A DNA stretch of 64,000 nucleotides from Podospora anserina. Lineage: Eukaryota. Numbering within the stretch: the first letter of the stretch is position 1; every line of letters starts with the position of its first letter. The stretch lies in assembly GCA_017654855.1 (NCBI GenBank), contig CM030338.1, positions 186,001 through 250,000 on the forward strand. Reading direction: 5' to 3'. The notes beneath the pieces are model-generated. The model searched no databases, was not told the DNA's origin, and saw only the letters and a list, made by a program, of their open reading frames with translations. Both the position numbers and the translations under genes were made by a program. Positions 37,797 to 48,397 of the stretch are shown in pieces.

Positions 37797-38344
37797 ATGG
37801 CCCGGAAAAGGTGGTACGCTGTGGCAAGGGGTCGCCAGCTGGGTGTATACGAGACATGGGAGTATGTTGCGTCACATTTTACTCTTCACACTTTCATCAT
37901 GGCTTCCCCGATACTGAAACTAGGTACTGCAGGCAAACCGAGGCGCAGGTTCTGGGATTTCCAGATAACCGTCACAAATCCTTTCCAACAAAAGAAGAGG
38001 CCGAGAAATTTGTAGGGGAGAACAGAAATACCAAGGCTGAGCCGCTTGGGGATGCTGAAACTCGGGACGCATCCACGCAGCCATCGACAGCAGGTGGTTC
38101 GTCTCCTTCGCCGCCACCATCATCACCCTGTTCCTGTTCCTCGTCCATTTGTTCCCGACCTACACCGGTAGTGTTTGGAGCTGACACTGTGCCTGTGAAG
38201 AATAAACTTGTAGATCACAAGCTCTCAACACCAGGCGGGGGGAAGAAGGGGTATTGGCAGCGCCAAGGGAACAAGGGCCAAGCCAACAAGGGCCAAGCCA
38301 ACAAGGGCAGGTTGGACATCAGAGTAAATGTTTCTCGGGTGTGA
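37797..38344 (+). CDS. Stand-alone RNase H1 N-terminal hybrid-binding (Caulimovirus viroplasmin-like) domain protein
   Basis: Intron 37862-37932; spliced N-terminus MARKRWYAVARGRQLGVYETWEQTEAQVLGFPDNRHKSFPTKEEAEKFV fits the YAV..GR..GVY..W....QV.GF....KSF....EA consensus; no catalytic RNase H domain follows. Confidence 0.78.
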
Positions 38345-38512
38345 AGTAGCTAAGGATGAAGCCATCATGAATTGCCTTAACTCATTCAACCAAGACAGGT
38401 AGCTGCACGGTGTGAGAATGACACGTGGCCAATAAACAGGATGAAATTTTCTATTGTTTTTTGATCAATCGAGTGTTGTATAATACAGCATCAAGTGGCC
38501 AGCGCCTCACAT

Positions 38513-39596
38513 CTAACCCATCTCGGCTCTCATGTGTACCACATTTCCCGGCATCGGGCCGCTGTCCAATTCTGTGGGCATCTCACCTCCCATTTCTACT
38601 GGATGCTTTGTTGAGTATCACCCACCGGCCTGGCACCAGAATAGAGGGGTGGCATCTTGTACTGAAACTCTGAGCGATAATACCCTCCTGCATGAGCGTC
38701 ATGCCCATGAACCTCTACCATATCACGAGAGGCCCCGTGTAGCTCTGCCACCGGTCCGTTGGAGGCCTTTTTCTTCTGCCGCCTGAAGAACAAAAATGCC
38801 AACAAAGCAGCAACTAACACAGCACAGGGAATACCCACGCCTAATCCTATCTAGAGTCCGTTGTTATCTTCGTCCGAGGGGGTTGGCGCTGGTGTTGCTG
38901 GTCCGGCATTCGTGGGCGGCACCACGATTTCCGTTGTCGAGGAAGAAGATGTGGATTCGGAGGACGTAGAGGAAAATGTAGAGGAAGATGATGTTGAGGT
39001 GGTGGGCACAGGGGCTGTTGTTCTGACGGTACCGGTCTCGCTTAACGGGGGGAAGCTGGTGGTAGCACCTGTTGCTCGAGTTGATACGATTTCCCCCCCT
39101 TCATCGAGAAAGGTCCCCTTGCCATCCTGGCAACATTGTGGATCGTTGTTGCAACAAGGCTACCATCGCGGCATTGTACTACACGCGGCAGAACCCCATT
39201 GCTGGCGGCTGTTTCGTCTAAATGGTGCGCCATCGAGTTAGTGATTGTCTGTGGCTAGATGCAAGGAAACGTACTGTAAAGACAGATCTGTCCGCAGCTG
39301 TCATCCCATTCCCGGATTGCACATGGACCCCTCACCCATAAACCCTCTGGATCGTTTGGGTTGTGACATAGTCGATTGGATAGACAGGTTGCTTTTCGGC
39401 CGCAGCAGGCGTTGGATCCAGGACAGAGCGTGTTGTCTGTGTAGGCTTGGCCGGCAAAACCGTAGCATGTTATTTGAGCGTCCACTGTGGCGGGATAGGC
39501 GAAGAACAACAACAATGCTGGCAGAACAAGTGCTATATACGCCGAAATAAGTGAGGGATGCCGGTTAGCGCCCTGGCCTGATGCGGGTGATAACAT
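38513..39596 (-). pseudogene. Cys-rich ectodomain / Ser-Thr stalk / single-TM cell-surface protein (Mid2/WSC-like architecture), disrupted
   Basis: Signal peptide, CY...C...ACC...CLSN.LC...RGPC...C..IC domain, one intron; 1-nt deletion near 39157 (DGS/CCNND), TAG at 38853-38851 in GL*IGLGVGIP, 1-nt deletion near 38608 before HPVEMGGEMPTELDS. Confidence 0.82.
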
Positions 39597-40084
39597 GACG
39601 ATTGCAACGGGGCCGGAAAGCATCGCCAAGGACATGATCCTGGCTGGCCAGTTATATTCGATCGACATCGTTGTGATGTCTTGGATTGGCTGGCTCGGAT
39701 TTGACCATGTTTCTGTGAGTACATTTCAGGTTGCTTTGCCGCAGGGAGACGGCGGGACAGACCCGCTCCCGAAAATGACCTAATGCTCAAAGTTCCTGTT
39801 GGCACCGTCAGCTTGATCTTTCAGTCGAAAGAATAAGCATACCTGGAACCGACTACACTTGTGGTCATCAATATGGCTGGAAACGGGAGAGAGAACCCCA
39901 GTCTTGGCGTTCTGTCTCCTGGCTGCAACAGCGGGAGCTAATCTCAGAGTGGCTAGCACAGGCACTGCCCCACCTTTCCACCCCACCATGTTTTCTGCAG
40001 CGACTCCAAAAATTGTTGCTTCCAACTCCCACTCCCGAATCTCTCGATTGTCATGAGATTGAGCGCCGCCCGCCTACTGCAAAC

Positions 40085-42055
40085 ATGGCCTCTGACGAGA
40101 TCCCTGCTGCCGCTCCAGGCCCCGATGCCTCTTCCAGCGCCACTCCCGTCGCCCAGGATTCCAACGACTCTCAGAACAATGCCGACCGCAGCCAGAATCG
40201 CAACGGCAAGCGTGGTGGCCGCGGCCGCGAGAGAGGGAATGACAAACCCGGCGCTCAAGGAAAGCGTAAGCACGGCGGCTTCGGAAGCGCAAAGTATGTT
40301 GTAAACCGCTGTATTCTCGAGAAAACTCAATGCCGACTTCTAACCCAGCCGACAGAGGCCCCGTCCCCGACAAGCGCGAACAGGTCCGGAATAACCGCGA
40401 TGCCAAACGCCGCAAGGTGATCGACGAGGAAGTTGGCGGCAAGAGCTTCATGAGCATCGAGTTCACCCCCGACGAGATCAAGGCCGAAGACCGCCGACCG
40501 AAGCGCAAGGTTGCCGTCCTGATTGGCTACGCCGGCACCGGCTACCACGGCATTCAGATCAACCACAAGGAGAAGACAATCGAGGGCGACATCTTTGCAG
40601 CTTTCGTCGCTGCCGGTGCCATTTCCAAGGCCAACGCCGATGATCCCAAGAAGTCAAGCTTGGTCCGCTGCGCGCGTACAGACAAGGGCGTCCACGCCGC
40701 TGGCAACGTGTTGTCTCTCAAGCTCATTGTCGAGGACGAAGACATTGTTGAAAAGATCAATTCCCACCTCCCCGAACAGATTAGGATATGGGGCATCCAG
40801 CGCACAGTCAACGCTTTCAGCTGCTACCAGTCATGCGATTCGAGGTGGTATGAGTATCTCATGCCCAGTTATTCGCTATTGCCTCCCCAGCCACAGAGCT
40901 TTCTTGGAAAAAAGATCCTCGAGTCGGCCAAAGAGAAGGGCGTGTTGGAGGAGCACCTCGAACGCTTGGATGATGTGACGGGATTCTGGGACGAGGTGGA
41001 GAAGAACGATATCGAGCCTATCCTTGCTAGACTAAGCCCCGAGGTTAGGGCTGAGGTTTTGCGTAAGCTTCAAGACAGCAACGACAAGGAACTCGCCGAG
41101 GATGGACAGCCGGTCAAAAACGACCAAGAAGAGGCGAGCAAAGATGCGACCGCTGACAAAGATGTTGAAATGTCCGATGCTGCCGAGCCCCAGCCCGAGA
41201 AACCGGCCGAAGAGGCCAAGCCAGTCGAGGAGACACCGCAAGAACCAAAGCCTGAGAAGGAGTTGAGTCCCGTTGATGCGGCCGTCCGAGATATCAAGGC
41301 TGCCTACGTCGCGGCGAAGAGAAGATACAGGATCTCGCCAGCCCGTATCGAGAGGCTGCAACAAGCCCTGAACCTCTACCTGGGCACGCACAACTATCAC
41401 AACTATACCGTGATGAAGTCCTTCAAGGATGCATCTGCCAAGCGTCACATCAAGTCGTTCGAGGCCAACACCACTCCTATCCAGATTGGCGATACCGAGT
41501 GGCTGTCTCTCAAGGTCCACGGCCAGAGCTTCATGATGCACCAGATTCGCAAGATGGTCGCCATGGCGGTCATGGTCGTTCGCTGCGGCGCCCCGCTTGA
41601 TCTCATCAAGGAGAGCTACGGGCCTCGAAGGATTAGCATCCCCAAGGCGCCCGGTCTTGGTCTCATGCTGGAACGTCCCATGTTTACAGAGTACAACAAG
41701 AGGGCCGCCGGGTTCGACAAGGAGCCCATTGACTTCTCCAAGTACGAGGATCAGATCATCAAGTTCAAGGACGAGCACATCTATCGGAGGATGTTTGAGG
41801 TGGAGGAGAAAGAGAACTCGTGAGTGCTGATGCCGCACCAGGCACATGCTGTATAATGTTGCTGATAACCATTTTTGCAGGTTCCACTTGTTCTTCAACC
41901 AGGTCGATAACTTCCGCACCGACTATTTCCTATGGGTGACGGCCGGGGGTGTGGACGCTTCCCATGAGCGGTCTGATCGGACCGAGAGGGTGCCCAAGGC
42001 GTTGGAGGCTGAGCTTGGCGATGAGGCTGATGGGGTGGTGGAGGATGGAACGTAA
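40085..42055 (+). CDS. PUS1: tRNA pseudouridine synthase 1 (TruA family)
   Basis: KRKVAVLIGYAGTGYHGIQ, catalytic ARTDKGVHA, GTHNYHNYT, GQSFMMHQIRKM, IPKAPGLGL; introns 40294-40355 and 41820-41880. Confidence 0.94.
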
Positions 42056-42412
42056 ATACCTTTGCTACAGGCAACTTGGTCCAGAACACCAGCATCATGA
42101 CAAAAGATTGGTAGCGGAGCTTTACGTTGCTCGAGCTTGTTTTCCACTTTGTACGCCATGCTTTCCCGTCTCTTGGAAGTGCTGCTGAGGTTTCAGCTTA
42201 CTATTTACTGTCCAGTGCGTTTGTTCGCCAGACCATGGCCGTTGCCTTCGCCATTGGATGCCGCAGGTGAGCGCTGTAGTTTGTGAAACATCTGCAGATG
42301 CATATGCATCTTCCTGCCCCCTTCCGGTGACAAACGTGTATTTTGGCCCGTATAAAAATGCAAGAGAAGTACTCAACGGCCTCTTGTTCTTGCCGGTTTC
42401 TTCTTTCTGTCG

Positions 42413-43638
42413 TTGTCCGGTGTTCCTCTTACCAAATATTTGCAATCCGGTGGTATTTCGTCACTCATCACAACCCAAATGTCGGTCAACAGACGGAAAG
42501 TGGCGACCATCAGCGGCGTGCGCAGCAAGTTGGAGCGATACTGCCACCATGGTGACAAGATGCGCGAGAACAACCTCTCACAGGACGAACTGATGCTCAT
42601 GTGCCAGGAACGCCCAAACTATTGTTCCCTCGGCAAGGTCTTGCGGCAGAGATTGCTTATATTCTTGAAGATTGAACCTGAGGAGGCAGCGATTTGGAGA
42701 AGGACGCTCACCGACAAGTTTCCAGAGTGGTTTGATCTTCCTTACAAGCAGGAAGACGTGCCCCAGCATTTCCTCCACGACTGGGAGATATTCAAGTCAC
42801 TGGGGTGGATTGGGGAGTGTCCACTGAGGCCTGGCATCCTCCCCGCTACGGAGCAAAGATCTAGCGACAAAATCACCCTGCCTGACACACAGCTTAACAG
42901 GCTGGTAGCTGTTAACATCCTGGTTGAGTCTCTCGTTAGGGATAGGTTGAAGGAGGAGAGGAGGAGTGCCGACGACTGCCGCTATGTCAACGCTGCTGTA
43001 CAGACAAACGGGCCATCTCGAGGTTCGCCAGGATCATCAGATTCAATGGCCCAGCCGCCTTTCCTCATGGCATCGCAAGCAGTCCCAAGCAAAGGCCCCG
43101 GCTAGACAGCAAGGTCTGGAGGAGAGCGGGCACGCATCCCGCAGAACCCCAGAATCACTGACATGCCACCCTTGCTTCAAGACTCACTTGTTAGTCGCCG
43201 CGTTCTGCTCTCATAATCCTCCAAGTCTAGCGCTAATGAATCTTTTTGGCTCAGTTCCTGACAGGAACAAGGGGTTTCCCGTCTGTCTCACTTCCTCAAC
43301 GGCTCCCATCCGCGTCAGGAGCTCAACCCTCAGGGACCCCAGCCGAGAGACCGCACAAGCGTCGACGACGGACTTATACGTACTCATAATCGTCGTCATC
43401 GGAATACAATCCAGATTCTGTTTCACTGGCGTCGTCGTCACCATTACCATCGCTAGCGGATGACTCTCTCTCCATCCTGGAAGATATGTCTGTCAGGCCA
43501 GAAGGGTCTGACATCAGCCAGCAAGATGATGGGCAGGACTTCGTTCACCAGCGGTTTGACTCCTGGAGGGAAGAGCAGGCAAAACAGCGGAGAGTGGTCA
43601 CTGATGGGTATGTTCAGTCACTATTTGAACCAGCATAA
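42413..43638 (+). other. Hypothetical protein-coding region, possibly decayed (open 42413-43105; coding-like sequence continues to ~43638 across stops)
   Basis: 230-codon ORF without a clear start; downstream stretch reads like protein (DDSLSILEDMSVRPEGSDISQQDDGQDFVHQRFDSWREEQ) but is separated by stops and a frame change. Confidence 0.4.
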
Positions 43639-43801
43639 AAAAAATAGGTCTTCACGGTTGCTCAGCGCGCGGTCGTTTAAAAATAGATTTTGGCATGATC
43701 GATTATGAAGCATGTCGCATTATTTTTCCCAACCCCCAACTTCAAACGCCCCTTGCTGTAAAAAATGAAACAGGAGAATACCGGCTGAAAGCAACAAGAG
43801 C

Positions 43802-44467
43802 TCACTGGTGCACACCAGGTACCTGTCCTGCCTGCGTTCTCCCGGGATGGCCTTCCAAGTTCTTGACGTGGTACCTCATCGGTGACTGTTCAGCGGCGCC
43901 AATCTGAGCCAGCCTCTGCTCATTCCTCAAAGCATTGACCAGGTTGAAGGTCTCCTCCGCCTCCTGCTTCATGTTCCGTCTGGCTTCCTCGTCACCGGCG
44001 CCAGGCTTGGTCAACGGGCCAATGATCCACAGCTCGCGGATCTCATGGGTAAGGGAGAGCAAGTCCTCGGTGGCTCTGATCTGCTTGACTGTCAGTACAT
44101 GATTCTGAGGGGTAAGGGCGAGATATTGTAGACATACGAAGCCCGTCATGGCGGTCTCCATCGCGAGACTGTTGATGGCAGCTGAGGAATTGGAAGCATT
44201 GGCGGGAATCTGCTGGGTGGCTGTGTGTATCATGTCGCGGTAATAAGTCATGAGCTCGGCCATGAGCTTGTTCTTGCGCTCTACAAATGGGTTGGGCTTG
44301 TCAGCTTTGAATGCAGCTTGTGATTTGGGGCAAATTTCAGCATCAACGATGGCATCGAAGGCCTCAAAGAACTCGGAAGAAGAAGAATCAGAGTGATCAG
44401 GGTTGTAAGAGGGGCCATGGGAATTTGTACCAAGAAGATTGTGAGCTGCATCAGCGTCGCGATTCAT
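43802..44467 (-). CDS. MED22: Mediator subunit 22 (Srb6), 3 exons
   Basis: Spliced product MNRDADAAHNLLERKNKLMAELM...AMETAMTGFIRATEDLLSLTHEIRELWIIGPL; introns 44430-44281 and 44137-44081. Confidence 0.82.
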   Translation of the reverse strand: MNRDADAAHNLLGTNSHGPSYNPDHSDSSSSEFFEAFDAIVDAEICPKSQAAFKADKPNPFVERKNKLMAELMTYYRDMIHTATQQIPANASNSSAAINSLAMETAMTGFVCLQYLALTPQNHVLTVKQIRATEDLLSLTHEIRELWIIGPLTKPGAGDEEARRNMKQEAEETFNLVNALRNEQRLAQIGAAEQSPMRYHVKNLEGHPGRTQAGQVPGVHQ

Positions 44468-45037
44468 CTTGATATACCAGTCGAGGAAGAATCCAAGGAT
44501 GTAATGAGATTGTCTGGAACTAGGGCTTTTGTTTCTGGGAGTTTACTGTGACTGTAATAATGAAGAAGTTTGCTGGATAATATAAGACACACACAAGTTG
44601 CGGCAGTCGATGATTGTTGGCGATGATGGTGAAGGTTCGGTTGATTCACTTGATTGATTGAGTGAGAGCGGGGACCATAAAGCCTGGAATCCACTGTAGT
44701 GATGCACAGGAAGACGCACTGTGCGCACGGGAAGATCTTGGCAGACTTGGTGGCTCCACTATCATGATACACAGTAATTCCACAACAAGAGCCCGATTTC
44801 AGGACAAAAACTATGCATCTTCTTGAGGTATGAAGAGCCAATATGGGCATTCATAAGGCACCTATGAGAGGTGAACGGGTCGAGGGTCAGGACATGGCAG
44901 GTGACCGATTCCGGAAGGTGTCACGTGTGCCGCCGAAGAATACGATTGGCAGAGTCCCCGCTCATTGCTGTGAGGGTTGAGCGCTCTGTCTCCCATTCTC
45001 TCTCGTTATTTTCACGACGCCGAGAAACAAGAACACG

Positions 45038-48000
45038 ATGGGCTGCTGTTCTGGCTGTCAGCCGCCACCTGCTCCCTCCTTCACGGGGCAGCAGAGAGCT
45101 GAGGAGGAACAAGATGTCAGCGACCGCCTTCCGGAGCAGGACAACGCCACGGCACGCCTGGAGCCTGACTGCTGCAAGGGTAAAACATTGCCTTGCTGTG
45201 ACATCTCTTGTTTGGACCGTCTCGCCCTGCGTGCTTGCCATGATGGTGGCTCAAGACACAAGACTCAAGATATGTAGCCGTCACCAGAGCCAGCATTTGC
45301 TTCCACCTGTAGCTAACAACTAGCGCTTCTTTCCTCTAGCTCAAAACTGTCGCTCAAGCTCATCATGCCGTGGACGAAAGAGCAAACGACCCTGTGGCCA
45401 CCATGCACGCAAGACAAGAGATTCATACGCAGCCACACTGGAGGCTCTTGGTTGTATTTGCCGCGCTCTGTTAGCTCTTGGCCAGGAGTCTTGTTGTATC
45501 CCCAACAAGGGTCCTTCGAAGGAGCGTGAGCGAATCTCCACATCATCGTCAGATCTCGCTGTCTCAGTCGGCGGTTTCTCTGCAAGGCCTTGCTGCCCAG
45601 CTGCTCCCAAGGAAAGAGACGGCATCGAAAACTGCCAGGAGAGTTGTTGTGACGTCAAACAACAAACCCCAGCGCAATACGGCGCCTGTGCTGGCTCTTC
45701 AGCGACTTCTCATCATAAGGATCGGCCAACACTCTCTAGCACCGCGCAACACCAGGTTCATTCAGGCTCCCGCCCAGGAGGGCCAACCTGCTGCCATGAA
45801 GGCCCTTCTATGGAACCGATGCGCACAACTCTGGACCGTGAGCAAGGCCTGTCTACTCACGAACACATCGTCCTCAGTATTACAGGCATGACTTGTACCG
45901 GCTGTGAAACAAAGCTCCATCGCACCCTTGGCACTTTCCCCAGCATCAAGAACCTGAAAACCAGTCTGGTTCTTTCTCGAGCTGAATTCGATCTTGAGAA
46001 GAGGTCCCTAGTTGATGTTATGAGGCACGTCGAGAGGACCACCGAGTTCAAGTGCGAAAGGGTGAAAAAGGGAGCCTCGGTTGATGTCATCGTGCCAGGA
46101 GGTGCATCGGCATTTATGGGGGAGCGGTGGCCGAAGGGTGTGACAGACATGGCCTTGGTCAACGACACAACTGTCAACATATCCTATGACCCGCAACTTG
46201 TTGGTGCCCGGGATCTAGCTGAGAGAGGCTGGGGCGTGCCCGTTGAGCTCGCCCCCCCTCAGCCAGATGCCTCTCTGTCAAATGGGAGCAGGCATGTCAA
46301 GCACATCGGACTCATGACGCTCGCGTCCATCCTTTTGACCATTCCTGTACTGGTTCTTGCTTGGGCACCGCTCCACGGGCATGAGATTGCATACGAATCA
46401 GGCTCGCTTGCCCTGGCTACTCTGGTTCAATTCTTGGTGGCCGGACCCTTTTATCCCAAGGCCCTCAAGGCTCTCGTCTTCTCCCGTGTCATCGAGATGG
46501 ACCTTCTCATTGTCCTCAGCACCAGCGCCGCTTATGTTTTCTCGGTCGTGTCCTTTGCATTTCTTGTGACTGGAGAACCGCTGTCGACCGGTAGTTTCTT
46601 TGAGACAAGCACTTTGCTTGTCACGCTCATCATGGTCGGTCGCTATGTGGCGGCCTTGGCTCGTCAGAAAGCCGTGGAATCCATCTCGATTCGATCTCTT
46701 CAAGTCAATACCGCCATTCTCGTTGACTTCCACGGTGACCACGGCAGGGAAATCGACACCAGATTACTTCAGTTAGGGGACATCTTCAAAGTCATGCCTG
46801 AGTCCCGAATTCCTACAGATGGTACTACTCTTGCGGGAACGTCGGAGGTGGATGGGTCCATGGTCACAGGAGAGTCTAGACCAGTCGTGAAGTCCCCCGG
46901 GTCACCTGTTATTGCGGGAACCAGCAACGGATTATCTCCACTGCTCGTCCGTGTCACTCGCAACCCCGGAGACAATACCATTGACACCATCGCCGCCATG
47001 GTTGACGAGGCCAAGCTATCCAAACCCACGATGCAACGCCTCGCTGACCGCGTGGCAAGCTATTTTGTCCCTGTCATATCGCTTCTCATGATCATCACGT
47101 TCGCCATCTGGATTGCGGTTGGAATCAGAGTACGTGGTGTATCGGCAAGGGAAGCAATCATCGAGGCAGTTACATACGCCATTACCGTCTTGATAGTTTG
47201 TTGTCCTTGTGCCATCGGCTTGGCCGTTCCCATGGTCGTTGTGATTACTACCGGTGTTGGGGCCGAACACGGTGTCATCTTCAAGTCCGCTGAGAGTATC
47301 GAGGTGGCGTACCAGGCAAAATATGTCATCCTTGACAGGACTGGCACTCTGACCGAGGGCAAGTTATCTGTCGTTTATTACGACGGAACGGATGGGGAGC
47401 TGGTCAACATGTCGCTCCTTCTCGAACTGCTGGAGAGCACCAAACATCCCGTCTCCCTCGCGGTTGCTACTTTTCTGAAGGACAAGGGTGTGTTGTCCTC
47501 TACAGTCCAAGACATCAGGTCTCTGCCCGGAAAAGGAGTTCAAGGCCTTGGCTTGGATGGCCAAATCCTTCAGGCAGGGAATGTCCGGTGGCTCGATGTG
47601 GAGTCTGACCTCCGTGTCCAGATGCCTCAAGAAGCTGGCCACACGGTATTTTGCTTCACGATTGATGGCAAACTTGCTGCAGTATTTGGGCTCCAAGACA
47701 CACTGCGAAAAGAAACAGCAACCACCATTCAGTCCCTGCAAAACCGCAACGTAGCGGTCCACGTTCTTTCAGGAGATGACGATGGCCCTGTTTGGGCCGT
47801 CACTGATCAACTGGGGATACCCTGCTCCAACGTTCGCTCACGCTGTACACCGGCAGATAAGAAGTCGTACGTTGAGGATATCCTATCGCGCTCTCCGGAA
47901 TCCGTCGTCATCTTTTGCGGCGACGGGACCAACGACGCAGTGGCTCTAGCACAGGCTACAGTGGGCATCGCCATCAGCCGATCCCTAAACTCGACGGCAG

Positions 48001-48275
48001 AGCTGGCAGAATCTGCTGCCGACATCGTGCTCATGCGGCCTGACTTGAAAGGCATCCTAACCGTCATGGATTTAAGCCGCAAGTCAGTTCATCGTATAAT
48101 TTTCAACTTTACGTGGAGCTTTGCCTACAATTTATTTGCCGTTCTGCTGGCAGCGGGCGCATTTATGTCACTCAACAATGCAAGGATTCCACCAGAGTTT
48201 GCCGGGCTGGGAGAGCTGGTCAGTGTGTTGCCCGTCATTCTGGCAGCTCTACTTTTGAAGCGGGCAAGGTTCTGA
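45038..48275 (+). CDS. Heavy-metal P1B-type ATPase with Cys-rich N-terminal extension (Pca1-like Cd/Cu exporter); possibly non-functional
   Basis: GMTCTGC HMA motif, TGES, CCPCAIGLAVP, HP, SGDD, GDGTND, YN; Cys-rich leader (CCDISCLDRLALRAC, LGCICRALLALGQESCC); phosphorylation motif reads DRTGTLT and the first intron donor reads ATATGT. Confidence 0.9.
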
Positions 48276-48397
48276 ACAAACCGGACGAATTTATTGGCTG
48301 TTTTGTCAATAATACATGGCTCAAGAAGAGAATAACAACACGAGTTCCCACACGAACCCATGCCACAAGTGGAAACATACACCCAGCATTCCTGAGC

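Noticed and set aside
38240..38344. QGNKGQANKGQANKG tail as a fungal amyloid signalling motif
   Set aside because: Lys-rich and explained by a 15-bp DNA repeat; does not match HRAM, PP or sigma patterns as recalled, and no adjacent NLR or HeLo gene is present
41032..41919. Long antisense ORFs (also 61013-61963, 8545-9195, 13161-13811, 29199-29780)
   Set aside because: They mirror strongly codon-biased sense genes and show no recognisable domains
44281..44430. Intronic snoRNA or twin intron in the long MED22 intron
   Set aside because: No clear box C (RTGATGA) with terminal stem, and no internal YAG whose use would recreate a donor
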